Part shown: in pieces, positions 50,036 through 64,000 of the stretch
How positions within the stretch are numbered: the stretch's first letter is position 1
How the letters are laid out: every line of letters begins with the position of its first letter
NCBI RefSeq assembly: GCF_009914755.1
Contig: NC_060928.1
Origin: the human T2T-CHM13v2.0 reference genome, Homo sapiens
Reading direction: 5' to 3' (one strand)
DNA length: 64,000 nucleotides
Notes under the pieces: model-generated
Database searches by the model: none
What the model was told of the DNA's origin: nothing
Seen by the model: the letters and a program-made list of their open reading frames with translations, nothing else
Position numbers and translations under genes: made by a program

Positions 50036-51256
50036 CAATATTGGTCCTTAGGGCTGCTGTAATAAAGTATCATAAACTGGGCATGTTAAAACTACAGAAA
50101 CTTATTCTCTTAATTCAAATCAAAACCTTCATGAGATACCATCTCACACCAGTCAGAATGGCTATTATTAAAAAGTCAAAAAATATCAGATGCTGGAGAG
50201 GTTGTAGAGAAAAAGGAATGCATATACACTGTTGGTGGGAGTGTACATTAGTTCAATCATTGTGGAAGGCAGTGTGACAATTCCTCAACGAGCTAAAAAC
50301 AATAATACCATTTGACCCAGCAATCCCATTACTGGATATATACCCAAAGGAATATAAGTTGTTCTACCATAAAAACACATGTACATGTTTGTTCATTACA
50401 GCACTATTCTCAATAGCAAAGACATGGAATCAAGCTAAATGCCCATCAATGGTAAACTGGATAAAGAAAAGGTGGTAGATATACATTGTGGAATGCTACA
50501 TAGCCATAAAAAAAGAATGAGATCATGTTGTTTGCAGGAACATGGATGAGCTGGAGGCCAACATCCTTAGCAAAGTAATGCAGGAACAGAAAACCAAATA
50601 CCGCATGTTGTCACTTGTAAGTGGGAGCTAAATGATGAGAACATATGAGCACAGAAAGGAACAACAGACATGGGGGCCTATTTGAGAGTGGAGAATGAGA
50701 GGAGGGAAAAGAACAGAAAAAAACAACTGGGTACTAGGCTTAGTACCTGGGTGATAAAATAATCTGTACAATAAGCCCCCATGGCACAAGTCTACCCATA
50801 TAACAAACCCCCGTGTACTCCAGAGCCTAAAATAAAAGTTAAAAATAAAAAAGAAATTTATTCTCTCACAGTTCTGGAGGCAAGAAGTCCAAAGTCAAGG
50901 GACTGGATGGGCCACTTTTCCTCTGAAGTCTCCAGGGGAAAATCCTTTCTTGCCTCTTTCAGCTTTTGAAAGTACCCAGGTGTTCCTCGGCTTGTGACAG
51001 TATGACTCCAATCTCTGTCCTTACTTAATGTTCTCTCTGTGTGTCTCTGACTTCACATGGCATTCCCCTTATGTGTCTGTGTCCAAACTTCCCCCCTTTA
51101 AAAGTGTACTAGCCATATTGGATTAGGACCCACTATAATGCCTTCGTCTTAATGTGATTACATCTGCAAAGACCTTGTTTTTCAAATAAGGCCACATTCA
51201 CAGGTACCGAGGGGTTAGGACCTCACTGTGTTTTTTTGAGGGGACAAAATTCAAGT
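50036..51256 (-). mobile_element. MLT1C-like LTR interrupted by an L1PA 3' end
   Basis: agggctgctgtaataaagtatcataaactgggc...agaaatttattctctcacagttctggaggcaagaagtccaaagtcaagg...gattacatctgcaaagacc...ggggacaaaattcaa. Confidence 0.8.
50111..50851 (+). mobile_element. 5'-truncated L1PA13-16-type LINE
   Basis: ORF2 end and 3'UTR (gggtactaggcttagtacctgggtgataaaataatctgtaca...cctaaaataaaagtt). 15-bp TSD agaaa(c/t)ttattctct at 50096-50110 and 50852-50866. Confidence 0.9.
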
Positions 51257-52294
51257 AATATGCAGCATACTTGAGAATAAACATTGCATCATTTTTCATC
51301 TTTCATCTTCATTTTTACCTTACTACCACTCTGACTAGCAAAGCTCCTGCAGGATGGGAATGATATCATCTTCATTTTGTACCTGCTGTGCACATGAAAT
51401 TTACTCATTGTTCAACTTTTTTTCTGAACTGAATCCAATTGTTTATTTAAACATATTTGGGAAGATCACAAAAGTATTCAGAGGATGCCATGAAATATTT
51501 ATTTTTAAGCATCAATAATATGTGAGATGTTATAAAGCCTCAAATATGGAAGTAGTTATTAACACATTTTTAAAATCTCAATTTGGCAGAGAGAAAAGTT
51601 TCAAATGCACCAACAGAGACTGGCAAATTCAATTTTGGGAGGTATGAGTGAGGAAGAAAATAATTATCAGTTGAGTTTTTTTTTCAGATGGGCTAATAAG
51701 TTGGCTAACTTCGAAAATTAGGTTGCAATTATTGTGTTGTCTTCATTTTGAAGTAGTGAATTTTTAAAAGAACATTGACCCCTGTCATGCCTGGAATATG
51801 CTGACTGGGGATCAAAGAAATGGGGTTATAAAAATGAAAATGTTCAGCAAAGAGAAGCCAGAATTCATGTTTACAGTCAAAAGACAGGCATATTCATTAA
51901 TTTTTTCAGTCAAATTATCCTTTTTGAAAGAACGATGGTGGCACCATCTCTGTGAGCAAAGGTCAGGAAAATTTTGTGTAGAAGTCACAAAACAAATCAC
52001 AGTAAGTACTTTATTTGCCATATTCCAAACTGTCATCACAGGAAGTCAATGGGCAACACAAACTGCTGCTACTGCCCAAGGAAGCAGTTCTTACAAACAT
52101 GGTGTGGAAGGGGCAAGGCTGTGAGCTCAGGTCCTACCCAGGGTCTTCACTCAGAGAATTAAATTTGCAGGTCACCAATTGGCTCTCCTTAACCACCTTG
52201 TAAATGTGAGCTTTTGGTCAAAAAGAAGACTGAATAGGAAAGAGTGAATGATATGTGAAGAAATTAGAAATACACTAGAAATTATAAAGAAACA

Positions 52295-52510
52295 TGATAT
52301 GGTTCAGTGGAGAAAGCAGAGATGACTAATGTTTGGGTCTGGGATCTGCCGCTTATGACTGATAATTATGAGCGAGTTCCTTTTTCTCCCTGAGCTCAAA
52401 TTTTCTCATTTATAGAGTGGGTATGGCACTAACCTGTTGTGATAAGAATTAAGTGAAAATATGCATTTAAAATGCTTAACACATGGAAGGAATGCAATAA
52501 ATTCTAATTA
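52295..52510 (+). mobile_element. MIR remnant
   Basis: ctgggatctgccgcttatgactg...ccctgagctcaaattttctcatttatagagtggg...ttgtgataagaattaagtgaaa. Confidence 0.6.
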
Positions 52511-52997
52511 TTACTTCTGTTATTTTATTGGACACAAAAAACTCAAAGCATTTATCTATTACTGATCACGGAGAAATACTGGCATTTAAAAAATAATGTA
52601 GGTCTTTATTTCAGTGGCAAACAAGGCATAATTACAATGTACTGGTTTTACTTATAAAGTGGTGTAACTTTTTAACTTTAATTGATAAATACATTGAATA
52701 GAATAGAATATTTTATTTTAATAAAAAATAAAATATTAATATTGAACCCATAGAAGAAAATACTAGCAGTACCTAGAGCTCTAGTTTCAGGTTATGCAAA
52801 ATCACAAATGAGAAGACCACTATGTATCACTTAGATTCTTCACCTAAGGCCTTTCCACACAGTAGCTCACTCAAGGAAGCATGGGTTTAATTAATTTAAT
52901 ATGCAACCACTAGGGAATTCTAACAAATGTATTTTAAGAGTTGGTTGGTGCATTCTGGGTCCTCTGACTCTGTTCAGCCAGGAAGTTTGCTACTAGT

Positions 52998-53327
52998 CCA
53001 TGGGTTTTCAAATTAATTCTATATATGGATAGGTAGCAAATATTTGTGTGGGTCATATGGTCTGTTGCAACTATTTAACTTTGCTATTGTAGCAAACTGC
53101 TACTTTATATAAACACATAGATTTGGCCATGTTCCAATAAAACATTATTTGGGGGCATTGAAATTTTGAATTTAATATAATTTTCAAATATCACAGGATA
53201 CTATTATTCTTTTGGTTTGTTTTTAATCCTTTAAACATACTCAGCTAATTCTTAGCTGGTGAATTATAATGAAATAGGCAACTTGTGGGCCAGATTTGGT
53301 CCAGGGGCCATAGATTGCTAAACTCTG
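52998..53327. mobile_element. MER58B-like (hAT-Charlie) element
   Basis: gtgggtcatatggtctgttgcaactatttaactttgctattgtagc...ggccatgttccaataaaacattattt...tgggccagatttggtccaggggccatag. Confidence 0.7.
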
Positions 53328-54684
53328 TGTTAGATGAGCAAATATGTTAAGTAACCATTTATAGAAAAGACTTTATATAAATGAAAACAGCACAATTTTC
53401 TTCCTCAGATGTCAACCTTTTCCTGTATCTCTATAATTTTGAAACTTTAGGAATTGCTTCCTGTATCTAGTTAGACAGCAATTAATCTTGCTGAAGTTAG
53501 TCTTTCATATATAAAGTGGTGTGAAATTTTGGGACACAAACACATGTGTGCCAAAACTTCAGTTTCAGGAGAAATATATTCTCTATGACTGAACTTTCTT
53601 CATATTTTAAAATCCTTTCCATAAAACTCTAACACTTCCTTCATCTTGAGTAGTTCAAGACCTTCCCTCTTCCCCTTGTCCTAGGTTATATCTAAATTCT
53701 GGAGGATCACAGAGCATAAAAACAGAGTGTTGTGGGCCTTGTGTGGCACTGCTCCATGCTTGCATCTGCTGAAATGTCTCCTCTAGTCCACAGTCACTGT
53801 TGACTCACCATGATGATGTGCTGGACTTCAGTTCCCTGTTTCATCTTTGGTGATGGCTGTGTTTGTTTCTACAGACCTGTCATCTGTACTATGAGGCCTC
53901 TCCAAGCTCACCAACTCTTTCTTATCTAAATTCCACTCTGTTTGGAGGTTTGTGAATGTTTACTTGCTCTACTATACCCCACTGGGATTATGAGAAACTC
54001 TCTAGCACTGTCATGCATGCAGCCATCTTTATGCTGAAGCTTGCACACTGTAGTGGGTGGAGTCTTGCAGGGCTGCCATCTCCAGGGATCACGAGGGGTC
54101 CTCGACTTTTGGACCCCAAACCTGGAAAGGGATCTGCTGCCCACTCTAACCTCTTCTCAGAGCCCACAGCACCCCCTCACACATGACCGTTTTCCTCACT
54201 GATGCTTCACTTCCAGTTCAGAGGAATTTTTTTTTCATCACTGGAGTAGTAAAAACTTGCTCTTATATTTTTTAAATTCTTCCAAATATGTTCTTTTGAC
54301 ATTAATTTTATGCTTTGATTTCCTCAGCATCTAGCCTTCTGAGATTCAAAAACTTTAACATAATTGCCCCATTTTGTGTTTCCAATATCAATTTTGAAAG
54401 GCAGAAGCTGAAAACAGGCTCTATTTTTTTACTCCTCTCTGCACAATGTTTTAAAAATTCTATCCTGGAGCTAGACTGGGCCTTCTCTTATCTGTGAATG
54501 GGTTAAAAAGTAATGGGACCACAAATAATCCCTCAGCTTAGTATATTACCTTAACATAGCACAGCTGTATCTGCCCCTGTACCTTGTTGAATGGTTGTAC
54601 ACTCAGCTTATGGTGAGTTGAGGCACACTCCAAAATCCACAGGAAAATGCCTTGGAAACATTTTACTTAAGAGTACAGAATTTA

Positions 54685-55084
<400 letters not shown>

Positions 55085-55815
55085 TCATGGCTTTTCTTCA
55101 ATTTTTTGTCTTTGGAAGTTAACATATCCTGTAACTGTGCTTGGTTTATATATTGCCAACATTGATTTCTAGTTTCCCTTCTACATTCATTTAGTGGGTC
55201 CTTGGTTCTGTGAGCAAAAGCAAACGAATGAGGTTCCACAGGTATGAGGCCCCACCTGATAAAATGCAGCTAAAATTAAGAACAGAAAAACCGAAAACAC
55301 TGTCCACTAAGCAAGACATATGATGTTTTGTTCAATTATTTGAAGGCCTGGAAATTTATTTCATGTTTAAGCTATGAAGGAAAAGTGACATATAGAAGAA
55401 AGAGAATTTTAATACCAAACTTTCCTGTAATTCAGCTGTTCACAGCAATATCAAAAGCACTATATTTTTTCTCAAGTATGATTTGACTGAAATGATAAAA
55501 TTTCGTCATTCAGAGATCTCACATTTCTCTTTATGAGTTTCAGAATGTGAAGACAAAAAATTGCTAACCTGCTATCTGTTTTCAAGTCAAAACTGATTAT
55601 CCCAAGTCATTGCCAGTCTCAATAAGAATGCTTAACATGTTTTAAAAATTCTTTTTATTCTTTTGAAACGTGCAGGGTAATTTTATTTTTAATCCTTCTG
55701 TATTCACTCTTGCCAATCATTCTGAATGTGAGTGATAAGTTTGTTTTGTATACATTTTATTTATAGCATAAAAAGTAAATCAAAGACATTAGTTTCATAA
55801 ACCTTTCCTATTATC

Positions 55816-56072
55816 TTTTTTTGAGACAGAATCTTGCTCTGTTGCCCAGGCTGGAGTGCAGTGGCTTGATCTTGGCTCATTGAAACCTCTGTATCCCAGG
55901 TTCAAATGATTCTCCTGCCTCAGCCTCCTGAGTATCTGGGATTACAGGCATGTGCCACCACGCCCGGCTAATTTTTTGTAGTTTTAGTAGAGACAGGGTT
56001 TCACTGTGTTAGCCAGGATGGTCTCGATCTCCTGACCTTGTGATCCACCTGCCTCGGCCTCCCAAAGTGCTG
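55816..56072 (-). mobile_element. AluSc/Y-like element, 5'-truncated by ~30 nt
   Basis: Diagnostic gttagccaggatggtctcgatctcctgaccttgtgatcc. Ends at cccaaagtgctg. Probable TSD c(t/a)attatctt. Confidence 0.9.
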
Positions 56073-57962
56073 CAATTATCTTAAATTAACAATTCCAGAA
56101 AGTCCTGCAATTCATGAGACTTGGTGAAAGTGGATTAGAGCTTTTCAAAGGTATTTTTTACAAAGTCAATGTTAATTTTATGAAACTGCTTCTAATTTGA
56201 ATAATTATTTATCTTTTACCCAACCTGTAAGTCCTCTGTCCAATTAACGAGACTTTGGCCACCCATGACAAAGTTTACTCATTTGTTATCCTACTTGCAA
56301 AAGTGATGTTGATGGAATTTGTGATAAGCTCTGGTTTCTTCAAGTAATACTCAGTCTCTAACCTCTTCCAGAATAAAAGCCTAGAAAATATTCTGTGATC
56401 CCTTACAACTGATTGATTGGGGATGACATGTCAAGCTTTGGGCTGGAGATTCAGTGATTGCCTCTTGCCTAGGAGGTTTAAATTTTCATGTCTCCCTCTG
56501 AGCTGCAGCTAACATGTAACAAATTTGCCTGGTTAGATAACATTATTGCCTACAACTCTGGGCATCATACATGACTTGCCCATCCTGTAGTAAGGATAGG
56601 CATAGCCAGGCCTGGTGTGTGAAGCTGTTGATAGATGAATAATCCTCCATACTGCAGAAGCCAGAGCAAAAAAGCTAATCATGTATGGCAGTGAGCATGA
56701 AGTAACCTGCCTTCCCTCCTAAATAAACAGATGGAAAGAGTTTGCAGTTCATTTCTTTCCAAGGTAACAAATTATTTTATTTCTATGTTTTACAGTAACA
56801 GAACCAAAAGTTCTTCTCTTTGGGGAAATTTTATTTTTCTTTAATTATTCCATGCAAACAAGAGACCTGAGTCTTCTGGGGACAGATGCAGAGAAGTCAA
56901 AATTAATTAGTTTTTCTTATGATACACTGCATTTGGGTAAAATATCACTGTGGGGGCACAATGACAGATTACTCGATCAAGTGCTGAGTTACTAGAAAGG
57001 CAGAATTTTATCAGAAAAATCTACATAGAAATAATATTTCACCTTCCTTGAAAGTCAACATCGTTTGGTACTCTCCTTGGAGTTCTCGGTTCATGTACTT
57101 TCTTTCATCTACTCTTTGTCTTTCCTTTAAGATGTCAGACAGCATGGGAAAGTGATAGAGTGGCCTACAAGTCCCCAGTGAACTCAAGAACCATGTTGCT
57201 ATTTAACTATAACATAAAAGTCACAAATCAAACTCAGTTTCTTTTTCTCTTATGATTGTCAAAGTTATACATTCTGAAAAGCTTCAAGGTGAAACAAAGA
57301 AATCTACTTCAATGATTCTCTGTCATTTCATAGGTAGGTGTTCAAATCAGGCTGTGAGCATTACACAAATACATCTGTGGCTCAAAAATCAGCCTTCAAA
57401 TTAGGTATTTATTCTTTTCATGCCTGATTAAGACCTGATTATATGAAAGCATGCCAAGTACATGATTTACATTATTAAAATATAAGACTTCAGCATTGAG
57501 TATAATTCCCAAGTGATCTTATTATTAATTTATTAAGCATGTATCTTGTAATGAACTCAAGATTTCTGTCTCACAAAAGAATAGCATTATCATGTACTAA
57601 TGAAATAGGCAAAGTATGAACCTCATATATTGAAGGCAAGTTACACATAGATGTCTTCAAGTCAAGGTCTAAGCAAGGTTGTTTGTAATTCAGGGGAAAT
57701 TCTGGAAATAATCACCACAAAAATGTCTCTGTTAGTTCAAAATATTCATTAACAAAACCCAGGCAAATACCTAAAAACAGAGACTTCCTTGAATAAGTTT
57801 ACATTTCAATTTTACTCATCCATTTATTTCTTATAAAATGATAAATAATAAACAAAGACCAAGAAAAGAAGAGCCCTTTCCAAAGCTTTCCTAATCAAAG
57901 ACAATTTTTTTTTCTTGGATCTATTTTGTATACTCATTTCACATAGTAAACATATGACCATC

Positions 57963-58585
57963 TGTGATGGTTAATATGAGGTGTCAACTTGATTGGGTTG
58001 AGGGATGCATAGGTGGCTGGTAAAGAACTGGGTGTGTCTGTGAGGCTGTTGCCAGAGGAGACTGACATTTGAGTCTGTGGACTGGGAGACAAAGACCCAC
58101 CCTCAGAGCACCTTCCAAAGGCTGCCAGCACAGCTACAACAAAACAGAGGGAAGAAGAGGAATAAGTGTGGCTCTTTCTGACTCTCTTTCTTCTTCCCAT
58201 ACTGGATGCTTGCTTCCACTCTTCCTGCCCTTAGACATCAGACTCCAGGTTCTTCTGTCTTTGGAGTCTGGGACTTGCACCAATGGCTTCCAGGAGCCTC
58301 TTGGGCCTTTGGCCACAGACTGAAGGCTGCACTGTTGGCTTCACAGGGAACTGTCAACTTCCTGGTGTCGAAGCTTTCAGACTTGGACTAAGCCACTACC
58401 AACTTCTCTCTTCCTCAGCTTGCAGACAGCCTACTGTGGGACTTTGCCTTCTAATCATGTGAACCAATTCCTCCTAATAAACTCCCTTTGATGTAGACAT
58501 ATTTCCTATTGGTTCTGACCCCCCGTGAAGAACCCTGACTAATACTATTGGTTCTGACCCCCTGTGAAGAACCCTGACTAATACA
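57963..58585 (+). mobile_element. MLT2 (HERV-L) solo LTR
   Basis: TGTGATGGTTAATATGAGGTGTCAACTTGATTGG...aaccctgactaataCA with a perfect 5-bp TSD ccatc (57958-57962 and 58586-58590). Confidence 0.92.
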
Positions 58586-59034
58586 CCATCCAGACTCTTC
58601 ACTGCAGGAAAATTACCTTCTTCAACAAGGGAATTTTAAACCTGAGGACTTTCCCCCAAATATGATAGACGAAGTGTGAGATTGTTGACAACCTGATGTA
58701 CTGATATGAATTCCTATGGTACCCTGGAGCAAAATTGACTTCTGCTTCTAATTTTGGAATAAAATAGTAGATTCTGTATTTTTTAAGATGAGAATTAATT
58801 CACTATTATGAAATACTTGACATCACCATCTCAGGCCCATTTTTGAACTCTTGGAAATCATTCAAATAAGACTTTCTTTGAGAGACTAATGGTGCAATGG
58901 TACATAATAGTGGAAATGATAGAATTGAGCAATTTAAAAAATTTAGGGCTAATTTTCTTTGGTTGTTGGTTCCACAAATGAACAAATCTAACAGTTTCAA
59001 AACGTGTGCCTGTTTTGAATCAAATCTAAGGAAA

Positions 59035-62000
59035 GGTGGAGGCAAAGCAAGATGGAAGAATAGAAGCCTACACCATTCATCCTTGCCACTGGGACACCAA
59101 ATTTTAACAACCATCTGTACACAGAAAAGCACTGTCACAAGAAACAAAAATCAGGTGAGCAATCACAGTACCTGGTTTTAATTTCACATTGTGGAAAGAA
59201 GCATTCAGGAAAACAGGACAGACAGTCTTGAAGCACCAACATATCCCTTTCTAATCTCTTGGCAGTAGGCCTGCAGTGTGGAGAGAGAATCTGTGCACTT
59301 TGGGGAGAGAAAGTACAGGCACTGGGGGATTTTACACTGAACTCAGCGCTGCCATGTTATAGTGGAGAATAAAGCTGTGCTGTGCTCAGTCAGCATGCGC
59401 TCATCCGCACATGGAGGGAATATTTGGACCAACCCTAGCAAGAGGTAAATTGCTCTCCCAGTGGTCGAAACTTGAGTTTCTCAGGAGGCCTTGTCATCGT
59501 GGGCTGAAGTGCTCTGGGGTCCTAGATAAACTTGAAAGGCAGTCTAGGATAAAAGGACTCTAATTCCTAGGCAACTCCCAGTGCTAGACTGGGCTTAGAG
59601 CTGGTGAATTAGAGTAGCACATGACCTAGGGAGACACCAGCTGGCATGGCTAAGGGAGGGCTTGTGTCATTCCTCCCCCAACCCCAGGCAGTGCAGCTTG
59701 TACGAACAAAAGTGAACTCATTTTTCTGCTTAAGGAGGGAAGAGTGAAGAATAGAGAAACTCTGTCTTGCCTGTTGGATGCCAGCTCAGCCACAGTAGAA
59801 TAGGACACTGGGCATAGTCATGAGGACCCCATTCCAGTCCCTAGCTCCTGAATGGCATTTCTAGACACACCCTGGGCCAAAAGGTAATCCACTGCCTTGA
59901 AGAGAAAGACCTGGTCCTGGCAGGATTGATGAAGTGCTTACTGAAGAGCTCATGGGCCCTGGATAACTACCAGCAATAGCCAGGGAGCATGCCTTGAGCC
60001 TCAAGTTCAGAGATATACTGGCTTCAAGGGAGCCCCAGCACATTCCCAGCTCTGGTGGCTATGGCAAAAGACTTCTTCTGTTTGAGAAAAGCAGAAGGAA
60101 AAGTAAAGGGGACTTTGTTTTGCATCCTAGCTACCAACTTGGCCATAGTGGGGTAGAGGAACAACCAGGCTCCTGGGGGCACTGCGTACAGACTAGGATC
60201 TTGGATACATTACTGGATCTTCTCTGGGTCAGAGGGCATCCCACTACCTTGAAGGGTGAGTCCAAGGTCTATCAGCATTCACCACAAGCTGACAGAGGAG
60301 CTCTTGGCCTTTAAGCAAACATTGGTGATGGCCTGGCAGAATGCCCCACCTCCATGCACTGGGGATAGTTGTGACCACAGGGAGATGCTCTTCTGCCTGT
60401 GGAATGAAGACAGAAGAGCAGGAAGGACTTTATATTGTGGTTTGCATGCCATCTTGGCCTCAGTAGAATAGAACATCAGGTAAATTGGTAAGGGTTTTGA
60501 CTTGAATGTCCAGCTCCCAGACAGCATTTCTGGGCATGCCTAAGGCCTGGAGGAACCTGCCACCCTGAAGGGAAGGGCCTTGGACAAGGCCCAGTGCTGT
60601 GCTGGCTTCTGGTCTGATCCAGTGAAGTTCCAGTGGTGGGGACCACAGGGGTGATTGCATCACTACATTCCCAGTGCCAGGTGGTTCAGCACACAGAGAC
60701 TCTGTATGTTTGGGAGAAAGTAAAGGAAAATAACAAGAATCTGTCTGGTAATTTAGAGAATTCTCTCGGATCTTATCCAAGACCACCAAATGGTATCTCT
60801 ATGAGTCTGCAAAAACCACAGCGTTCTTGGGCTTGGGGCCCAAGTCCCTTCAATACCTGGAAAGCCTTCCCAAGAAGGACAGGCAGAAACAAGCCCAGAC
60901 TGTGAAGGCTGCAGTAAATACCCAACTCTTCAATGCCCAGACACCAAAGAACATGTACAACCATTAACACCATCCAGGAAAACATGACCTCACTCAATGA
61001 ACTAAATAAGGCACTGAGAGGCCAATCTTGGAGAAACAGAATTTGTTTAGACCATTTGGAGACAGAATTCAAAATAGCATTTTGAGGAAACTGAAAGAAA
61101 TTCAAGATAACACAGAGTAAACAATTCAGAATTCTATCAGATAAATTTAACAAAGTGACTGAAATAATTCAGAAGTGTCAAGCAGAGATTCTAAAGTTGA
61201 AAAATGCAGTTGCCATGCTGAATAATACATCAGAGTCTTTTAGTAGCAGAATTGATCAAGCAGAAGAATTAGTGACCTTAAACACAGGATATTTGGGAAT
61301 ACACAGTCAGAGGAGACAAAAAAAAAAGAGAGAGAGAAAGACAAAAAAAACAATGAAGCACACCTGCAGAATCTAGAAAATAGCCTCGAAAGGGCAATTC
61401 TAAGAGTTTTTGGCCCTAAAGAGAAGAAAGAGAAAGATATGAGGGTAGAAAGATTATTCAAAGGGATAATGTCAGAGAACTTCCCAAACCTAGAGAAAGA
61501 TATCAACATTCAAATATAAGAAGGTTTCAGAACACCACGTAGATTTAAGCCAAAGAAGACTACCTCAAGGCATTTAATAATCAAACTCCCAAAAGTCAAG
61601 GATAAAGAAGGATTTTTCAAGCAGGAAGAAAAAACAAACAACATACAACAGAGCTCTAATACATATGGCAACAGAGTTTTCAGTGGAAATCTTACAGGCC
61701 GCGAGAGGGTGGCATGATGTATTTAAATTGCCGAAAGAAAAAACTTTTCCCTAGAATAGTATATCTGGTGAAAATATCCTTTAAGCATGAAAGAAATAAA
61801 GATCTCAGACAAACAAAACAGGGATTTCATCAACACCAGACATGTTCTACAAAAAAATGCTAAATGGAGTTCTTCAATCTGAAAAAAAAGGTTGAACAAT
61901 AAGAAATCATGTGAAGGTACAAAACTTACTGGAAATAGTAAGCACACAGGAAAACACGAATAGTATAACAGTGTAATTTCAGTATGTAAACATCTTGATG

Positions 62001-62906
62001 TAAGTAGAAAGACTAAATGATGAACCAATCAAAAATAATAACTACAACAACTTTTCAAGACATAGACAGTACAATAAGACACAAGGAGAAACAACAGTTA
62101 AAAAGTAGGGGAGATGAAGTCAAAATGTAGAGTTTTTATTACACAAAAAATAAAAAGCAAGAAATTAAAGCATACCACCAGAGAAAATCGCCTTTACTAA
62201 AACGAAGATAGGAAGTAGGAAGGAAGAAAAGAAGAGAGAGAAGACCACAAAACAACCAGAAAACAAATGATAAAATAACAGGAGTAAGTCCCTGTCTTTC
62301 AATAATAACGTTGAATGTAAATGGTCCAAAATCTGCAATCAAAAGACATAGAGTGGCTGAATAGATGCATAAACATGATTCAATTATTTATTGCTTACAA
62401 GAAACACACTTCACCTCTAAAGAGGCACATAGACTACAAATAAAGGCATGGAAAAAGACATTCCAGGCCAATACACACAAAAAAAAGCAGGAACAGATAT
62501 ACTTATATCAGACAAAATAGATTTTAAGACCAGAACAATAAGAGACAACATAGGTCATTATATAATTATAAAGGGGTCAATTAAGCAAAGGGACATGACA
62601 ATTTTAAATGTATATGCACCCGGCAATTGAGCACCCAGACATATAAAGCAAATATTTTTAGAGCTAAAGAGAGAAATAGATCCCAATGCAATAATAGTTG
62701 CAGATTCAATACCCGACTTTCAGTATCAGACAGATCTCCCAGACGGAAAATGAACAAAGAAACATCAGACTTAATCTGCACTATAAAACAAATGAACCTA
62801 ATAGAAACTTACAGTACACTTCATCTAACAGCTTCACAATACACATTTTCTCCTTAGTACATGGATCATTGTCAAGGATAGATCACATGTTAGGTCACAA
62901 AACAAG

Positions 62907-62942
<36 letters not shown>

Positions 62943-63625
62943 TCTTTTGTGTTTCCCCTGCATCATTATACCAACCAGACCTAGCCTGTTGTAAATTGCT
63001 TTCTATTGTGTCCCATGTGTTGGAAACAATAGTCTTAACAAGATTACAAGCCCATTGCAGCACTGCATCTAGCCGAATTGCCTTCCCTGTATGTAACCCG
63101 TGATAACTTTCCTGTGTATTTTTTTTTTTATTTTATTATTATTATACTTTAAGTTTTAGGGTACATGTGCACAATGTGCAGGTTAGTTACATATGTATAC
63201 ATGTGCCATGCTGGTGTGCGACACCCATTAACTCGTCATTTAGCATTAGATATATCTCCTAATGCTATCCCTCCCCCCTCCCCCCACCCCACAACAGTCC
63301 CCAGAGTGTGATGTTCCCCTTCCTGTGTCCATGTGTTCTCACTGACAAAACAAGTCTTAAAACATTAAAAAATAATGTAAATAACATCAAATATCTTCTC
63401 TGACCACAAGGGAATAAAACTAGAAATCAGTAATGAGGAACTTTGGAAACTATACAAACACACAACAATTAAGCAATTTGCTCATGAATGAGCAAACAGT
63501 AGGTGAATGAAGAAATTAAGAAGGAAATTGAAACATTCTTGAAACAAATGATAATGGAAATACAACATACCAAAACCTCTGGGATACAGCAAAAGCAGTA
63601 TTAAGAGGAAAGTTTATAGTGATTG
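59035..63625 (+). mobile_element. L1MA-type LINE-1 with intact 5' end, truncated at the 3' side in ORF2
   Basis: Starts ...agcaagatggaagaatagaag. 5'UTR and ORF1 are homologous to the 39960-46842 element. Endonuclease remnants at 62448-62630. L1 similarity stops after gcagtattaagaggaaagtttatag. Confidence 0.85.
62911..63344 (-). mobile_element. 5'-truncated L1PA2/3-type insertion with 3' transduction
   Basis: T30, then 178 bp of non-L1 sequence (62941-63118), then a T-rich tail, then reverse L1 3'UTR (63141-63344). Perfect 14-bp TSD acaaaacaagtctt at 62897-62910 and 63345-63358. Confidence 0.92.
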
Positions 63626-64000
63626 AGTGGCTTCATCCGGATTGGTTGTTGAAGAAACATTAACCACAGTAGATACTGCAGGGCCAAATGACATCTCTAA
63701 AAATGGGAATTAAGAGCCAGTCTGAAAGTGGGAACATCAGCCCTTTTTTCTTACTAATAAAATTTCAAAATATCAGGTGGCAATAGGGTCTATGTCCCCC
63801 AAGGTAAGAAAGAGTAGGCATCTTCTTTTAATAATCACAGAAAAAACAGCCTTTAAATGCTGACATAGAAGGACCCCTGAAGTAAAGAAAGGAAAAAAAA
63901 TGGCTTCACATTAAGATCTTACAGTGAAGCCCCAAGTGAACAATCACCACCTCCAAATACTCCAAATACAGTACTTCCAGTAGGTTCTTAATGCTTTACT

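Overview
This is AT-rich, CpG-poor primate genomic DNA, most likely human, since one L1 fragment carries the L1HS-type 3'UTR 'G'. It looks like gene desert or deep intron. I find no supportable protein-coding gene, RNA gene or CpG island: the listed ORFs are chance ORFs or read through Alu, L1 or MaLR remnants. Much of the window is layered retroelement and DNA-transposon fossils: THE1, LTR1, MLT1/MLT2, LTR33-like, eight Alus, two large L1MA-type LINEs, L1PB and L1PA 3' ends, Charlie1a, Tigger3, MER5, MER58, MIR and L2. The most notable structures are: (i) two independent young L1 insertions, each carrying a 3'-transduced segment between two poly(A) tails and each nested in an older L1 (28040-28232, L1HS-type; 62911-63344, L1PA2/3-type with a perfect 14-bp TSD); (ii) a ~200-bp copy of sequence from 20034-20234 pasted into the end of a Charlie1a transposon; (iii) an AluJ flanked by a ~61-bp duplication, far longer than a normal TSD; and (iv) a strong CTCF motif with a weaker divergent partner. 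I see no evidence for a wholly new biological system. Repeat subfamily names come from remembered consensus sequences and need RepeatMasker/Dfam confirmation. Boundaries of old repeats are approximate.
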